Shown here piece by piece: positions 49,560-61,095 of a stretch of 64,000 nucleotides of DNA. The notes below the pieces were generated by a model. The model had not been told where the DNA came from, made no database searches, and saw nothing but the letters and a program-made list of their open reading frames with translations. Every line of letters starts with the position of its first letter. The first letter of the stretch is position 1. The translations under genes and the position numbers were made by a program. Origin of the DNA: Hemiscyllium ocellatum (lineage: Eukaryota); contig NC_083412.1 of NCBI RefSeq assembly GCF_020745735.1, positions 58,866,320-58,930,319 on the forward strand, written 5' to 3'.

Positions 49560-51280
49560 ATTGAGTTTTTTGAAGAAGTGATGAGGGTAAAGTACTGGAT
49601 GTTATCTGCATGGACTTTATTAAAGCATTTGACAAGGTCCCTCGCGGTGTGCTGGTCCAGGAGATTAAAATAAATGGAATCCATGGAGTTTTGGCAATTT
49701 GGATATAAAATTTGCATTGTCATTTGGACAAAGGGTAGTTGTGAAGGGGTGTTTTTCTGACTGGAGTGCCATGATCAGTGGTGTTCCTAGGATTCGGTAC
49801 TAATGCTTCTTGTTGTTCGTTTTATATATATATAAATGATTTAGAAACAAATGTCAGTGGCCTGATTAGGAAATTTGATTTGTAAGACATGAAAACTGGT
49901 GGAGTTGTGAAGACTGAGGAAATATATTAAAGGATGTGAGCTGGATATAGATCAACTGGTAAGTTGAGCAAAGAAATGATGATAGAGGGATCTTGAGGTC
50001 CAAGTCCATAGCTCCCTGAAATTGGTAACACAATTGGATATGAAAAGATGAGAAAAGAAGGCGTGTTTATCTTCATCGTAAGGGCATTGAGTATAAAAGT
50101 TGTCAAGATCTGCTGTAACTGTATAAGACTTTGGTCAGGTTACATTTGGAATATTGTGCGCAGTTCTGGTTGCTGCACTATAGGAAGGATGTGGAATCTT
50201 TGGAGAGGGTGCAGAAGAGGTTTACCAGGATGTTGCCTTGATTGGAGTGTATTAGCTACAAGGAGAGGTTTGACAAACTTAGATTGCTCTCATCATGAGC
50301 ATCGGTGGCTGAGGGGCCATTTAATAGAAGTATATAAAATTATGAATGCTGTGGGTAGGATTGATAGTTGGAGTCTTTTTCTCAGGGAGGAATGTCAAAC
50401 ATGAGGGATACAGGTTTAAGGTGAAAGGGGGAAAGTTTAGAGATGTGAAGGAATTTTTTACATAGAGGGTAGTGGATCACTGGAATACACTGCCATGGGA
50501 GGTTTTAGAAGCAGATATGATTGCAAAATTTAAAAGACATTTAGACAAATACATGCACAGGCAGAAAACAAAGACATAGAGTCATACAGCATGGAAACAG
50601 ACTCTTCGGTCCAACTCATCCATGCAGACCAACTTTCTCAAACTAAACTAATCCCACTTGCCTGGTTTGGCCTATATCCCTCTAAACCTTTCCTATTCAT
50701 GCACCTGTCCTAAAATTATTAAAATGTTGTAACTGTACCTGCATCTACTACTTCCTCTGGCAGTTAATTCCACATACGAATCAGCCTCTGTATGAAAATG
50801 TTGCCCTTCAGGTACTTTTAAATCTTTCCCCTCTCACCTTAAAAAGATAACCTCCAGTTTTGAGGTCCCCGATTCTCAGGAAAAGACTTTTTACTTTTCA
50901 CTTTATCTATGTCCCTCATGATTCTATAAACCTAAACAGGGTCACCCCTCAACCTGCTGTGCTGCAGGGAAGAAAATCTCAGCTATCCAGCCTTTCCTTA
51001 AAACTCAATCCTGTATTCCTGGGTAAGATCCTTGCAAGTCTTTTCTGAATCCTCTCCAATGTAATAATATTCTTTCTATAGCAGGGCGACCAGATTGTAC
51101 ACAGTATTCCTAAAGTGGCCTCACCAACATCCTGGACAAGCGCAACATAATGCCCCAATTCCTAAACTCAATGGTTTGAGCAAGGATGACAAACATTCCA
51201 AATATCTGCTTTACCGCTCTGTCTACCTGTGTTGCAGCTTTCACTGGCCTATGTAACTGAACCACTAGGGCTCTCTGTTT
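49560..51280. mobile_element. Tail-to-tail CR1 fragments (plus 49560-50575, minus 50576-51280)
   Basis: Decayed RT motifs (MDFIKAFDKVP) and HER1-like 3' UTRs meeting near 50575. Confidence 0.8.
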
Positions 51281-51527
51281 GACAACACTCATGTCCTGGT
51301 TCCAGTGGGATTTCAGATGCTTGTCTCAGTGGCTGGTTAACAGCGCAGGAGATAAATCTTTTATATTCCTCAAGGGTTTATCATCTCTGTGGGGTCTCCA
51401 CAGATCCATTGTCTCCATCCTAATGAGTAGACGCCATAGGAGTGCTAATTGGAGCAGCCATTGTAATGTAAAGCCACATTTCCTTGCTCAGTTAAAACTG
51501 CCTTTCCTGTAGTCCAGTGGTAGTGTA

Positions 51528-51701
51528 CAGAGGAACCTCAATTATCTGAAGGACACAGGCGGGGATTATTTTGTTTGTTTAATTGAATTCTGGATAATCG
51601 AATGCCAGATAACATAACTTAGCTAATCATTGGGACCTTGCGATCTTACTGACTAATCTGATATTCAGATAATTGAATGCCGGATAATCAAGGTTCCTCT
51701 G
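51528..51701. mobile_element. pogo/Tigger-type MITE, 174 bp
   Basis: Terminal inverted repeats CAGAGGAACCTCAATTATCTG and CGGATAATCAAGGTTCCTCTG, flanked by TA on both sides (51526-27, 51702-03). Confidence 0.85.
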
Positions 51702-52277
51702 TATACCTCTGTACCAAGAGTCCTGAGTTCAAATGTAATTGCTTCAGAAGTGTGTAATAACATCACTGAAGAGGCTGATTATTAATATCTTTTTTTTAAA
51801 AAGTCAAATATATGGAGCCAGCTGATGAGTTAACTTTAATATTTGACATGAGCATTTATGTGTAACAATATCTTCAGTTGTTGTTCTTGGTTAATCTTAT
51901 TGCAGTTATGGTTTTGAGGATGGTTTGGATTTCTCGTGATTCAGCATCACAGTTTCCAGGTAAAAATGTTGCAGCACAAAAACAGGCCTTTGAGACAATT
52001 ACCCTCACAGACTAGGGAGGAGATTGGGATCATTGATGGGACACAGATAATGATCAAGGGTTATATTTGTGGAGGGGGTAACAGATCAGTATTGAGGTGG
52101 AGATATTGTAGGGAACGGGGAGAAAGTTTGTAAGTGGTGTGGACAGGTCAGGCGTATCGGGGGGGGGGGAGGGGGCACAAGAATTAGGATATATAGAGAT
52201 GGAAGCAGTTAACATTGTTGAGCCTGGGGAAATACTCCTGTTTCTTTTTGTTCACATGCTGTGCCATAAAGACTCTT

Positions 52278-52496
52278 GCTGAAAATGTGTTGCTGGAAAA
52301 GCGCAGCAGGTCAGGCAGCATCCAAGGAACAGAAAATTCGACGTTTCGGGCATAAGCCCTTCATCAGCCCTTCCTGATGAAGGGCTTATGCCCGAAACGT
52401 CGAATTTCCTGTTCCTTGGATGCTGCCTGACCTGCTGCGCTTTTCCAGCAACACATTTTCAGCTCTGATCTCCAGCATCTGCAGACCTCACTTTCT
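52278..52496. mobile_element. Young inverted PLE pLTR dimer with 14-bp TSD
   Basis: CCATAAAGACTCTT at 52264-52277 and 52497-52510. Arms 52278-52367 and 52374-52463 match at 89 of 90 positions. Confidence 0.93.
52371..52404 (+). ncRNA. Minimal type I hammerhead ribozyme, intact core
   Basis: UUC-CUGAUGA-A-GGGC-UUAU-GCCC-GAAA-CGUC-GAA, 3-bp stem I. Confidence 0.82.
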
Positions 52497-53733
52497 CCAT
52501 AAAGACTCTTACCTTCATGTGAGAGTCTGGAAATCAAATTGTGAAAAATGCAATAGATAAAAGATAAAATTCCTTTGTTTTCTTCATAGAGTTTTTAACT
52601 GATTTAAAATATATTATTTTGACCTTAATATAAATGGTAAACTAAGTAATTCCGTACACACCTTCTTTTTCCACCCCTCCCCCAATCCTTTATCTTCTAC
52701 CACACTCCTTACCCGGGGTTTCTTAAGGCCAGGGAACCCAGACAAAATGGATTTTAAAATTTTTTAAATCTGTTAAATTGGAGCAACCCAGCCTCTTTAA
52801 ATACTGGTATTAACTGGGAACTTCCTGAGACCAGGTTTTTGATTGTCCGTGAACTCCTGTCCTATACTAACAGAAGGTATTCATGGACTCAAGTCAGGTT
52901 GGGCTGACATTTGAAAGTTCAAAAACTTTAACATTCATTCCTGGGAAAGAAAACAACTCTCAGTATGCCAATTCATCACCATGCACCAAACCCCAAGGTC
53001 CTACCAAAAGATATTGTTGCACTACATTTATTAACAACATAAATCCTGAAGCGAATAATAAAAACAATGAGGTTTGGTGTTCAGTGGTGTTTTATATCCA
53101 ATGGCAGGTGAGTTTGAAATACAACTCCTATTAAATTTACAGTAAAATAAACAGATGGACAGTCAGCCGAATTCTGAGTGTATCCCAACATTCCTAAACC
53201 TAAACAATCTGCTGTTGTCATCAAAAAACTGCGTATTTGTATGGAGTTAAAAATCACACAACACCAGGTTATAGTGCAACAGGTTTATTTGGCAGCACTA
53301 GCTTTTGGAGCACTGCTCCTTCATCTGGAATCACGTAGTTTGCCATTTATATTGAGGTTAAAACTTGTTTATTTTAAATCAGTTGAAAACTCTATTAAGA
53401 AAACAAAGGAATTTATCTTTTATCTATTGCATTTAATATGTACATTTTTCACAATGCGATTTCCAGACCCTCAAACAACTTTCCAGATAGTTTGAAAAAA
53501 TGTTAGAATTCTTTACTGTGGTTTATGATTTTTGTCTAATCAATCTTCCTCTATGTATTATCGAATTTAAAAATATATTCCATACCAAATATGAAAAAAA
53601 TCTATAGCTGTAATAATCTACAAGTACAGTGGATAGCAAAATTCAGGAATGTGCTTGAAATTATAGATAGAGTCATAGAGATGTACAGCACAGAAACAGA
53701 ACCTTTGGTCCAACCTGACCATGCCGACCAGAT

Positions 53734-54688
53734 TGGGAGAAAATGAGTACTGCAAATGCTGGAGATCAGAATCAACATGTGTGGTGCTGGAAAAGCACAG
53801 CAGGTCAGGCAGCATTCGAAAGCAAGAGAATCGATGTTTCAAGCATAAGCTCTTCATCAGGAATGTGGGGGGTGTGGGGCCCAAGACAGCTGAGAGATAA
53901 ATGGGAGGGGGTTGGGGCTGAGGAAGGTAGCTGGGAATGCGATAGGTAGATGAAGGTGGGGGGAGGATGATGCTGATAGGGCGGAGAGGAGGATGGAGCG
54001 GATAGGTGGGATAGAAGATAGACAGGTAAAACAGTTCAAGAAGGTGGTGCTGAGCTGGAGGGTTGGATTTAGGATGAGGTGGAGGGAGGGGAAATAAGGA
54101 AACTGGTGAAATCAATATTGATGCTGTGTGGTTGGAGGGTCCAAGGCGCAAGATGAGGCGTTCTTCCTTCAGGCGTCAAGTGGCTAGGATTTGGCCATGG
54201 AGGATGCCGAGGTCTTGCATCTCCTCAGTGGAGTGGGAGGGGGTATTGAAGGGTTGACCACAGGGCAGTGGGGTTGTTGGGTGTGTGTGTCCTAGAGATG
54301 TTCCCTGAACCATTCCACAGGTTGGCATCCTGTCTCCCCAATGCAGAAACATTCTGTAGCCCATCCAAACACCATTATCGTTGCTCCCGATGGTGGTTTC
54401 CTCTACATTGGGGACACAGGATACCAACTTGTGGAACAGTTCAGGGAACATCTCTGGGACACATGCACCCAGGAAGACTGTCCTACCTGTCCATCTTCCA
54501 TCCCACCCATCCACTCATCCTCCACTCCACCTATCACCTTCCAGCCCAACCCTCCTTCCATTTATCTCTCAGACCCATGGGACTCCTCCTACATTCCTGA
54601 TGAAGGGTTTATGCTCAAAACTTCAACTCTCCTGCTTCTCGGATGCTGCCTAATTGGCTGTGCTTTTCCTGCACGACACTTTATGACT
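53734..54688. mobile_element. Inverted Penelope-like element (two opposed GIY-YIG/pLTR arms) inside a CR1 3' end (53650-55085, minus)
   Basis: GFLYIGDTGYQLVEQFREHLWD on plus and MFLHWGDR...VQGTSL on minus; decayed HHRs near 53830-53865 (minus) and 54593-54630 (plus). Host CR1 resumes at CAGATATCCT. Confidence 0.85.
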
Positions 54689-56390
54689 CAGATATCCTAA
54701 ATTGATCTAGTCCCATTTGGCCCATATCCCTCTAAACCATTCCTATTCGTATATTCATCCAGATGTCTTTTAAATGTTCTAATTGTAGCCACCTTCACCA
54801 CTTCCTCTGGCAACTTATTCCATTCACGCACCACCCTCAAGCCCCTCTTTCCCTTCTCATTATATACCTATGCCCTCTAGTTCTGGACTCCCCCACCCCA
54901 AGGGGAAATACCTTGTCCATTTACCCTATAGATGCCCCTCATGATTTTATAAACATTTATAAGATAACCGCTCAGCCTCCAGTGCTGCAGGGAAAATAGC
55001 CTCAGCCTATTCAGCCTCTCCCTATAGCTAAAACCCTGCAGCCCTGGCAACATCATTGTAAATCTTTTCTGAACCCTTTTAGATTCAGTTGGATATTTAG
55101 AACTAATTAAATCCATGAGCAGAACCTTCAGCTCCAAATAGGAATGCTGAAGATCTCAAACTAAATTTGAATGTTGGATCTCAGAAAAAAACGGAATACT
55201 TAATCTAACTTTGATCAGCCCAATTAATCTATGCTCACAAGGGTTTGAAATCCCACATAATGAAACATAAACAATTTGTTTTAAATATAAACATGAAATC
55301 CTTGTTCTTCCTATTTTAACAAAGTCTGCAATTAAATGGAGAGGTTTTGTTTTAAATCTTATTCTGAAGAAATTAGAATTAAGATATGAATTGTCTTTTT
55401 TTAATCAATTTTAAAATAGAGATTTTAAAGGATCAAGTGAGATTGCTTGGCAAGAAAAATCATCTATTCCCAGGGGTTTTCTAAAAACTTATAAGTGGTC
55501 AGTTGTTAGATGCTTACATATCTTGACAAAAGACAGAGTGATCAGTAATTAAAGACTGTTGGACAGAAACTGCCTCTTTAAAATTAGTGGATGAGAGGCA
55601 GGAGGATATTGCATACTTCAGCATACTCCTAGCAAATCACGTTGAATTTGCACTGCATGGATAATACCTAATGTATTTGATGCCCTGAGAGAAGTGAATG
55701 ATTAGTTAAACTTTGAAGCAGATAAAATTCTGTAAATCTTCCACTTTGATTCAGGAAGCTTCACATTGCAAGCTGTATTGCTCATTCTGTTCCACGACTG
55801 CATTAATGTTTAAAATCTTCAACCTTGTTCAAAACCAAACCTCGAATCAATTCTTTATCAAAGATATTATTTAACCGAAGATTAACTACTTCTGTTTGAA
55901 AATTGTTCCACAAATGCACTATCCTTTGAGAAAATCAATTCTTCTAAGATATGCTTACATTGTATTCTTGCTAATGGTACATCCAGAATATCTCATGCCG
56001 AAATTATGTTATAGACAATAGACAACAGACAGTAGACAATAGGTGCAGGAGTAGCCATTCTGCCCTTCGATCACCATTCATTATGATCATGGCTGATCAT
56101 CCTCAATCAGTATCCTGTTCCTGCCTTATTTCCATAACCATTGATTCCACTATCCTTGAGAGCTCTATCCAACTTTTTCTTAAACGAATCCAGACACTGG
56201 GCCTCCACTGCCTTCTGGGGCAGAGCATTCCACACCCACCACTCTCTTGGTGAAGAAGTTTCTCCTCATCTCTGTCCTAAATGGCCTACCCCGTATTCTT
56301 AAGCTGTGTTCTCTGGTTCAGCACTCACCCATCAGCGGAAACATGTTTCCTGCCTCCAGAGTGTCCAATCCTTTAATAATCTTATACGTC

Positions 56391-59047
56391 TCAATCAGAT
56401 CCTCTCAGGCTTCTAAACTCAAGGGTATACAAGCCCAGTCTCTCCAATCTTTCAACATAAGATAGTCCCGCCATTCCAGGAATTGACCTCGTGAACCTAC
56501 ACTGCACTCCCTCAATAGTCAGAATGTTGTTCCTCAAATTTGGAGACCAGAACAGCACACAATATTCCAGATGCAATCTCACCAGGGCCCTGTACAGTTG
56601 CAGAAGGATGTCTTTATTCTATACTCAGTCCCTCTTGTTATGAAGGCCAGCATGCTATTAGCTTTCTTCACTACCTGCTGTACCTGCATGCTTGCCTTCA
56701 TTGACTGGTGTACAAGAACACCCAGATCTCTTTGTTACACTTTTTCTATTTACCGAACTTGACTCCATTTAGATAGTAATCTGCCTTCCTGTTCTTGCCA
56801 CCAAAGTGGATAACCACACATTTATCTGTATTAAAATGCATCTGCCATGCATCTGTCCACTCACCTAACCTGTCCAGGTCACCCTGTAATTTCCTAACAT
56901 CCTCCTCACATTTCACCCTGCCACCCAGCTTTGTATCATCAGCAAATTTGTTAACGTTACTATTAATACCATCTTCTGTATCATTAATATATATTGTAAA
57001 AAGCTGCGGTCCCAATACTGATCCCTGCGGTACCCCACTGATCCCCGCCTGCCATTCCGAAAGGGAGCTGTTTATCACGACTCTTTGTTTCCTGTCAGCC
57101 AACCAATTTTCAATCCAAGTCAGTACTTTGCCCCCAATACTATGCGCCCTAATTTTGCTCACTAACCTCCTCTGTGGGACTTTATCAAAGTCTTTCTGAA
57201 AGTCCAGGTACACTACATTCACTGGATCTCCCTTGTCCATCTTCAGAGTTACATCCTCAAAAAATTCCAGAAGATTAGTCAAGCATGATTTCCCCTTCAG
57301 AAATCCATGCTGACTCTGACCTATCCTGTTACTGCTATCCAGATGTGTCGTAATTTCATCCTTTATAATAGACTCCAGCATCTTTCCCACCACCGAGGTC
57401 AGACTAACTGGTCTATAATTTCCTACTTTCTCTCTTGCTCCTTTCTTAAAAACATTAACCACCCTCCAATTTGTAGGAACTGATCCTGAATCTATTGAAC
57501 TCTGGAAAATAATCACCAACTCATCCGTGATTTCTCGAGCCACCTCCTTCAGTACCCTGGGATGTAGACCGTCAGACCCTGGGGACTTATCAACCTTCAG
57601 TCTCCAACACCAATTCCTGGCAAATATAAATTCCCTTCAGTTCAGGTCATTCAGCCACTGTTACCTCTGGGAGATTACTTGTGTCTTCCCCCGTGAACAC
57701 AGATCTAAAGTACCTATTCAATTCTTCTGCCATTTCTTTGTTCTCCATAATATATTCCCCTGTTTCTGTCTTCAAGGGCCCAATTTTAGTCTTAACCATT
57801 TTTTTGCCTTTCACATACATAAAAAAGCTTTTACTATCATTCTTTATATTTTTGGTCAGATTACCTTCGTACCTCATTTTTTCTCTGAGTATTTCCTTCT
57901 TAGTAATCCTCTGTTGTTCTTTGAAAGCTTTCCAGTCCTCCATTTTCCCACTTATCTTTGCTATATTACACTTTTTCTCTTTTGACTTTAGATGCTTCTT
58001 AACTTTCCTTGTCAGCCTCATCCACCCCTGACTCCTCATAGGATCTTTCTTTCTTTTTGGAATGAACTGATCCTGCATCATCTGCATTATACCCAGAAAT
58101 ATCTGGATTGTTCCTCCACGGTCATCCCTGCTAAGGTATTGCACCATTGAACTTTGGCCAGCTCCTTCCTCATAGCTCCATAGTTCCCTTTATTCAACTG
58201 AAATATTGTCACTACTGATTGTACCCTCTCCCTCTCAAATTGCAGATTGAAGCCTATTGTATTATGGTCACTACCTCTTAATGGCTCCTTCACTTCGAGG
58301 TCCCTGATTCTGGTTCATTGCACAATACCAGATCCAGAATTGCCTTCTCCCTGGTAGGCTCCAGCACCAGCTGTTCTAAGAATCCATCTTGGAGGCACTC
58401 CACAAAGTCTCTTTCTTGAGGTCCAATACCATCCTGATTCTCCCAGTCTACCTGCAAGTTGAAATCCCCCATAACAACTGTAGTAACATCTTTGCGACAG
58501 GCCAATTTCAGCTCCTTATTCAACTAACACCCTACATCCATACTACTTTTTGGGGACCTATGGATAACTCACAAGAGGGTCTTTCTGCCCTTAGAATTTA
58601 TCAGCTCTATCCTACTGACTCTACATCCCCTAATTCTAGGTCCCCCCATGCAAGGGACTGAATATCATCCCTTACCAACAGGGCCACCTCAGCCCCTCTG
58701 CCCGTCAGTCTGTCCTTACAATAGCAGGTATTGCCTTGAATATTCATTTCCCAGGCCCTATCCACTTGAAGCCGCGTCTCAGTTATCCCCACAATATCGT
58801 AGCTGCCAATTTCCAAAAGAACCTCAAGTTCATCCATCTTATTTCTAATACTTCGTGCATTCATATATATTATTTTTAATTTGTTACTGCCCTCACCCTT
58901 CCTATCAACCCCTATTTTACACAAACTTATGGCATGATCCCTTTTTGAGTTTTCTGCTTCATTGATATAGTTGTCTTTCTTGACTTCCCTTGTTTTAACT
59001 TTCCCTTCAATTTCCTTCTTCAACATCCAGTTTGTCCCCTCCCCCAC
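56391..59047 (-). pseudogene. CR1 ORF2 (APE endonuclease and RT), several frameshifts
   Basis: YMNARSIRNK, VGITET, MGDFN, GSDH, YRPVSLTS, QHGFLKGKSCLTNLLEFFE, YLDFQK, GVPQGSVLGP and KFADDTK. Confidence 0.92.
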
Positions 59048-59057
59048 CCCCTGCTAT

Positions 59058-59971
59058 TTAGTTTAAACACAGCTGTGTTGCAGTAGCAAACCTGCCTGCC
59101 AGAATGCTGGTCCCCAACCTATTAAAGTGCAAACCATCTCTTTTGTATAATTTATGCTTACCACAAAACATACCCCAGTGATCCAAGAATTTAAATCCTT
59201 GCTCCCTGCACCAGTTCCCCAGCCACACATTCAAGTTTATTATCTCCCTGTTCCTGGCCTCTCCAGCCTGAGGAACTGGAAGCAAACCGGAGATAACCAC
59301 CCTGGACGTCTTGCTTTTCAGCCTTCTTCCTGGTTCTCCGAAGTCCTGCTGTAGTATGTTCCTCCTCTTCTTCCCGACATCATTTGTGCCGACGTGTACC
59401 ACCACCTCTGGCTCTTCACCTTCGTCCTTGAAGATTTCCTGTACTCTGTCTGCGATGTCCTTAATCCTGGCACCAGGAAGGCAACACACCATCCTTAAAT
59501 CTCGCCTGTTGCCACAGAAACCTCGTTCAGTTCCTCTCACTATGGAATTCCCTATCACCATGGCTCTCTGCGATGTCTGACTCCTCGGCTCTGCCTCCAC
59601 ACCAACGTTTGATTGACAGGCCTGGCCGCCTCGTGGACTGGCAGGTTCATCTGTCTCTACTGTTTCCAAAAGATTCAACTTGTTCCTGACAGGTAGTTCC
59701 TCCATAGTCTCTTGCACCTGTTTCCTCTCTGCCTTCCTCATCATCTTCTCTCTTCTGCTCTCTTCTGGTATGGTCGGTGTAATAACCTCGCTGAAGGGCC
59801 TGTCCAGAAAGATCTTGTTCTCTCGGATGAGCCTAAGGTCCTCGAGTTCTTTCTTCAGTGCTGCGATATGCTCTGTCAGGAGTTGAACGTGCATACACTT
59901 TCCTCAGATACACCAGAGTCGTTGACCTCCCACATCATGCACGTAGCACACTGAACCAGTTGGGCAGTCAT
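59058..59971 (-). pseudogene. CR1 ORF1: Zn-finger/leucine zipper plus SGNH/GDSL esterase domain; frameshift near the 5' end
   Basis: MTAQLVQCATCMMWEV from ATG 59971, then HVQLLTEHIAALKKELEDL and esterase blocks IGNSIVRG, VHVGTND and RDGLH. Confidence 0.85.
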
Positions 59972-60379
59972 GTCTTCACCCTCTTCAACTGTGGTATAAT
60001 CACTTCGCTCAACTTCCTTGTCGAAGACTCCTGAGCTAAAGACTCTCTCTTCTCTCTACAGGAACTTCCCTGGACTCTCTTTTTGAGGTAAGTCTGTGGA
60101 CTTGAAAGTTAGGTTAGAGGAGGAGGAGGGTGGGAGGGAGGCCCTACTTTGTAGGACCTGGGGTTTAGAACACACCCACTCAAATAACAATCACTTACCT
60201 TCCCAACCGGCTCTGCGCTCCAACTTCACTTCTGCCCAGCTCCTGCCCCTCTCTGCTGCCACTTATTTCTGCATCTGGGACACACTGGGCACAATTTTCT
60301 CCTCTCTGACGCAGTATGGGTAATGGTGAGAAAGTTGGAAAACTACAGCAAGAATGAAAAAAAATTGAAATCTCACATT

Positions 60380-60820
60380 CCATGAGATATAGGAACACAA
60401 CTAGACCATTTAGCCCATCAAGTCTACTCCAGCATTCCATGAGATCATTGCAGATCTAATAACCCTTAACTCTATTTTCTGCCTTTGGCTCATAGCCCTC
60501 AATTCCTTAAAATCTGGTTATGTGAACATAATTAGCCTCAACAGTCCTCTGCGATGAATTCCACAGATTCACTACCCTCTGAGAGAAGAATTCCTCCTCA
60601 TCTCTGTCCTAGATGTGAGACCCTTCATTTTGAGATTATGCTGACTGGTTCTCAACTCTCCCACAAGGGGAAGCTAGCTTTCTGCATCTAGGTTGTCAAT
60701 TTCTTAAAGAATATTGAATGAGTTTTGAAGACAGATCACTGGACTGGAAATTTTACCTCTGTTTACCTCTCCACAGATGCTGTCAGACCTGCTATGCGTC
60801 TCTAGCAGTTTCTGTTTTAG
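60380..60820. mobile_element. CR1 3' end (minus, 60380-60720) followed by a decayed family 2 pLTR (plus, 60722-60820)
   Basis: CR1 3' UTR; TTTGAAGACAGATCACTGGACTGGAAATTT relic then CACAGATGCTGTCAGACCTGC. Confidence 0.6.
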
Positions 60821-60996
60821 AAGATGCTGGTACCTATCCTCGACGAACACAAGGGATCAGTAACCTTCTAACTGCACTTCTCAACATTCTGGACTGAGCA
60901 CTGACCCAGGTTATATTTTTGGTTAAGACTGACTGTGGCTAGTGGCGTGGCCTCCTGTCTAGATAGCAGATTGAAGGACAGCCTTCCTTTCCAGAA

Positions 60997-61095
60997 GGCA
61001 GAAGTGAGTACTGCAGATGCTGGAGATTAGAGTCAAAATTAGAGTGGTGCTGGAAAAGCACAGCAGGTCAGGGAGCATCTGAGGAGCAGGAAATC
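60997..61095 (-). mobile_element. Solo PLE pLTR truncated at the predicted HHR cleavage site, with 13/14-bp TSD
   Basis: CTTCCTTTCCAGAA at 60983-60996 and 61095-61108; element ends ...GAGGAGCAGGAAATC. Confidence 0.85.

Larger units (their letters stand above)
56012..60270 (-). mobile_element. Near full-length CR1 LINE (5' UTR, ORF1, ORF2, 3' UTR, (TCTATTG)n-like tail)
   Basis: Colinear ORF1, APE, RT and C-terminal domains; tail ATAGACAATAGACAAC at 56012-56040. Confidence 0.93.

Noticed and set aside
52159-52175. Poly-G run as a G-quadruplex
   Set aside because: A simple homopolymer, prone to sequencing error, with no supporting context.
52960-53050. Minus-strand WGLVHGDELAY, similar to the carboxylesterase HGDE motif
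   Set aside because: Immediately followed by a stop codon, with no other esterase exons nearby.
53070-53107. WC...WQ exon end as TTF2 (the human neighbour of CD101)
   Set aside because: Spacing and upstream residues do not match the recalled RLFFRC...WCGSIPWQ, and no other TTF2 exons were seen.
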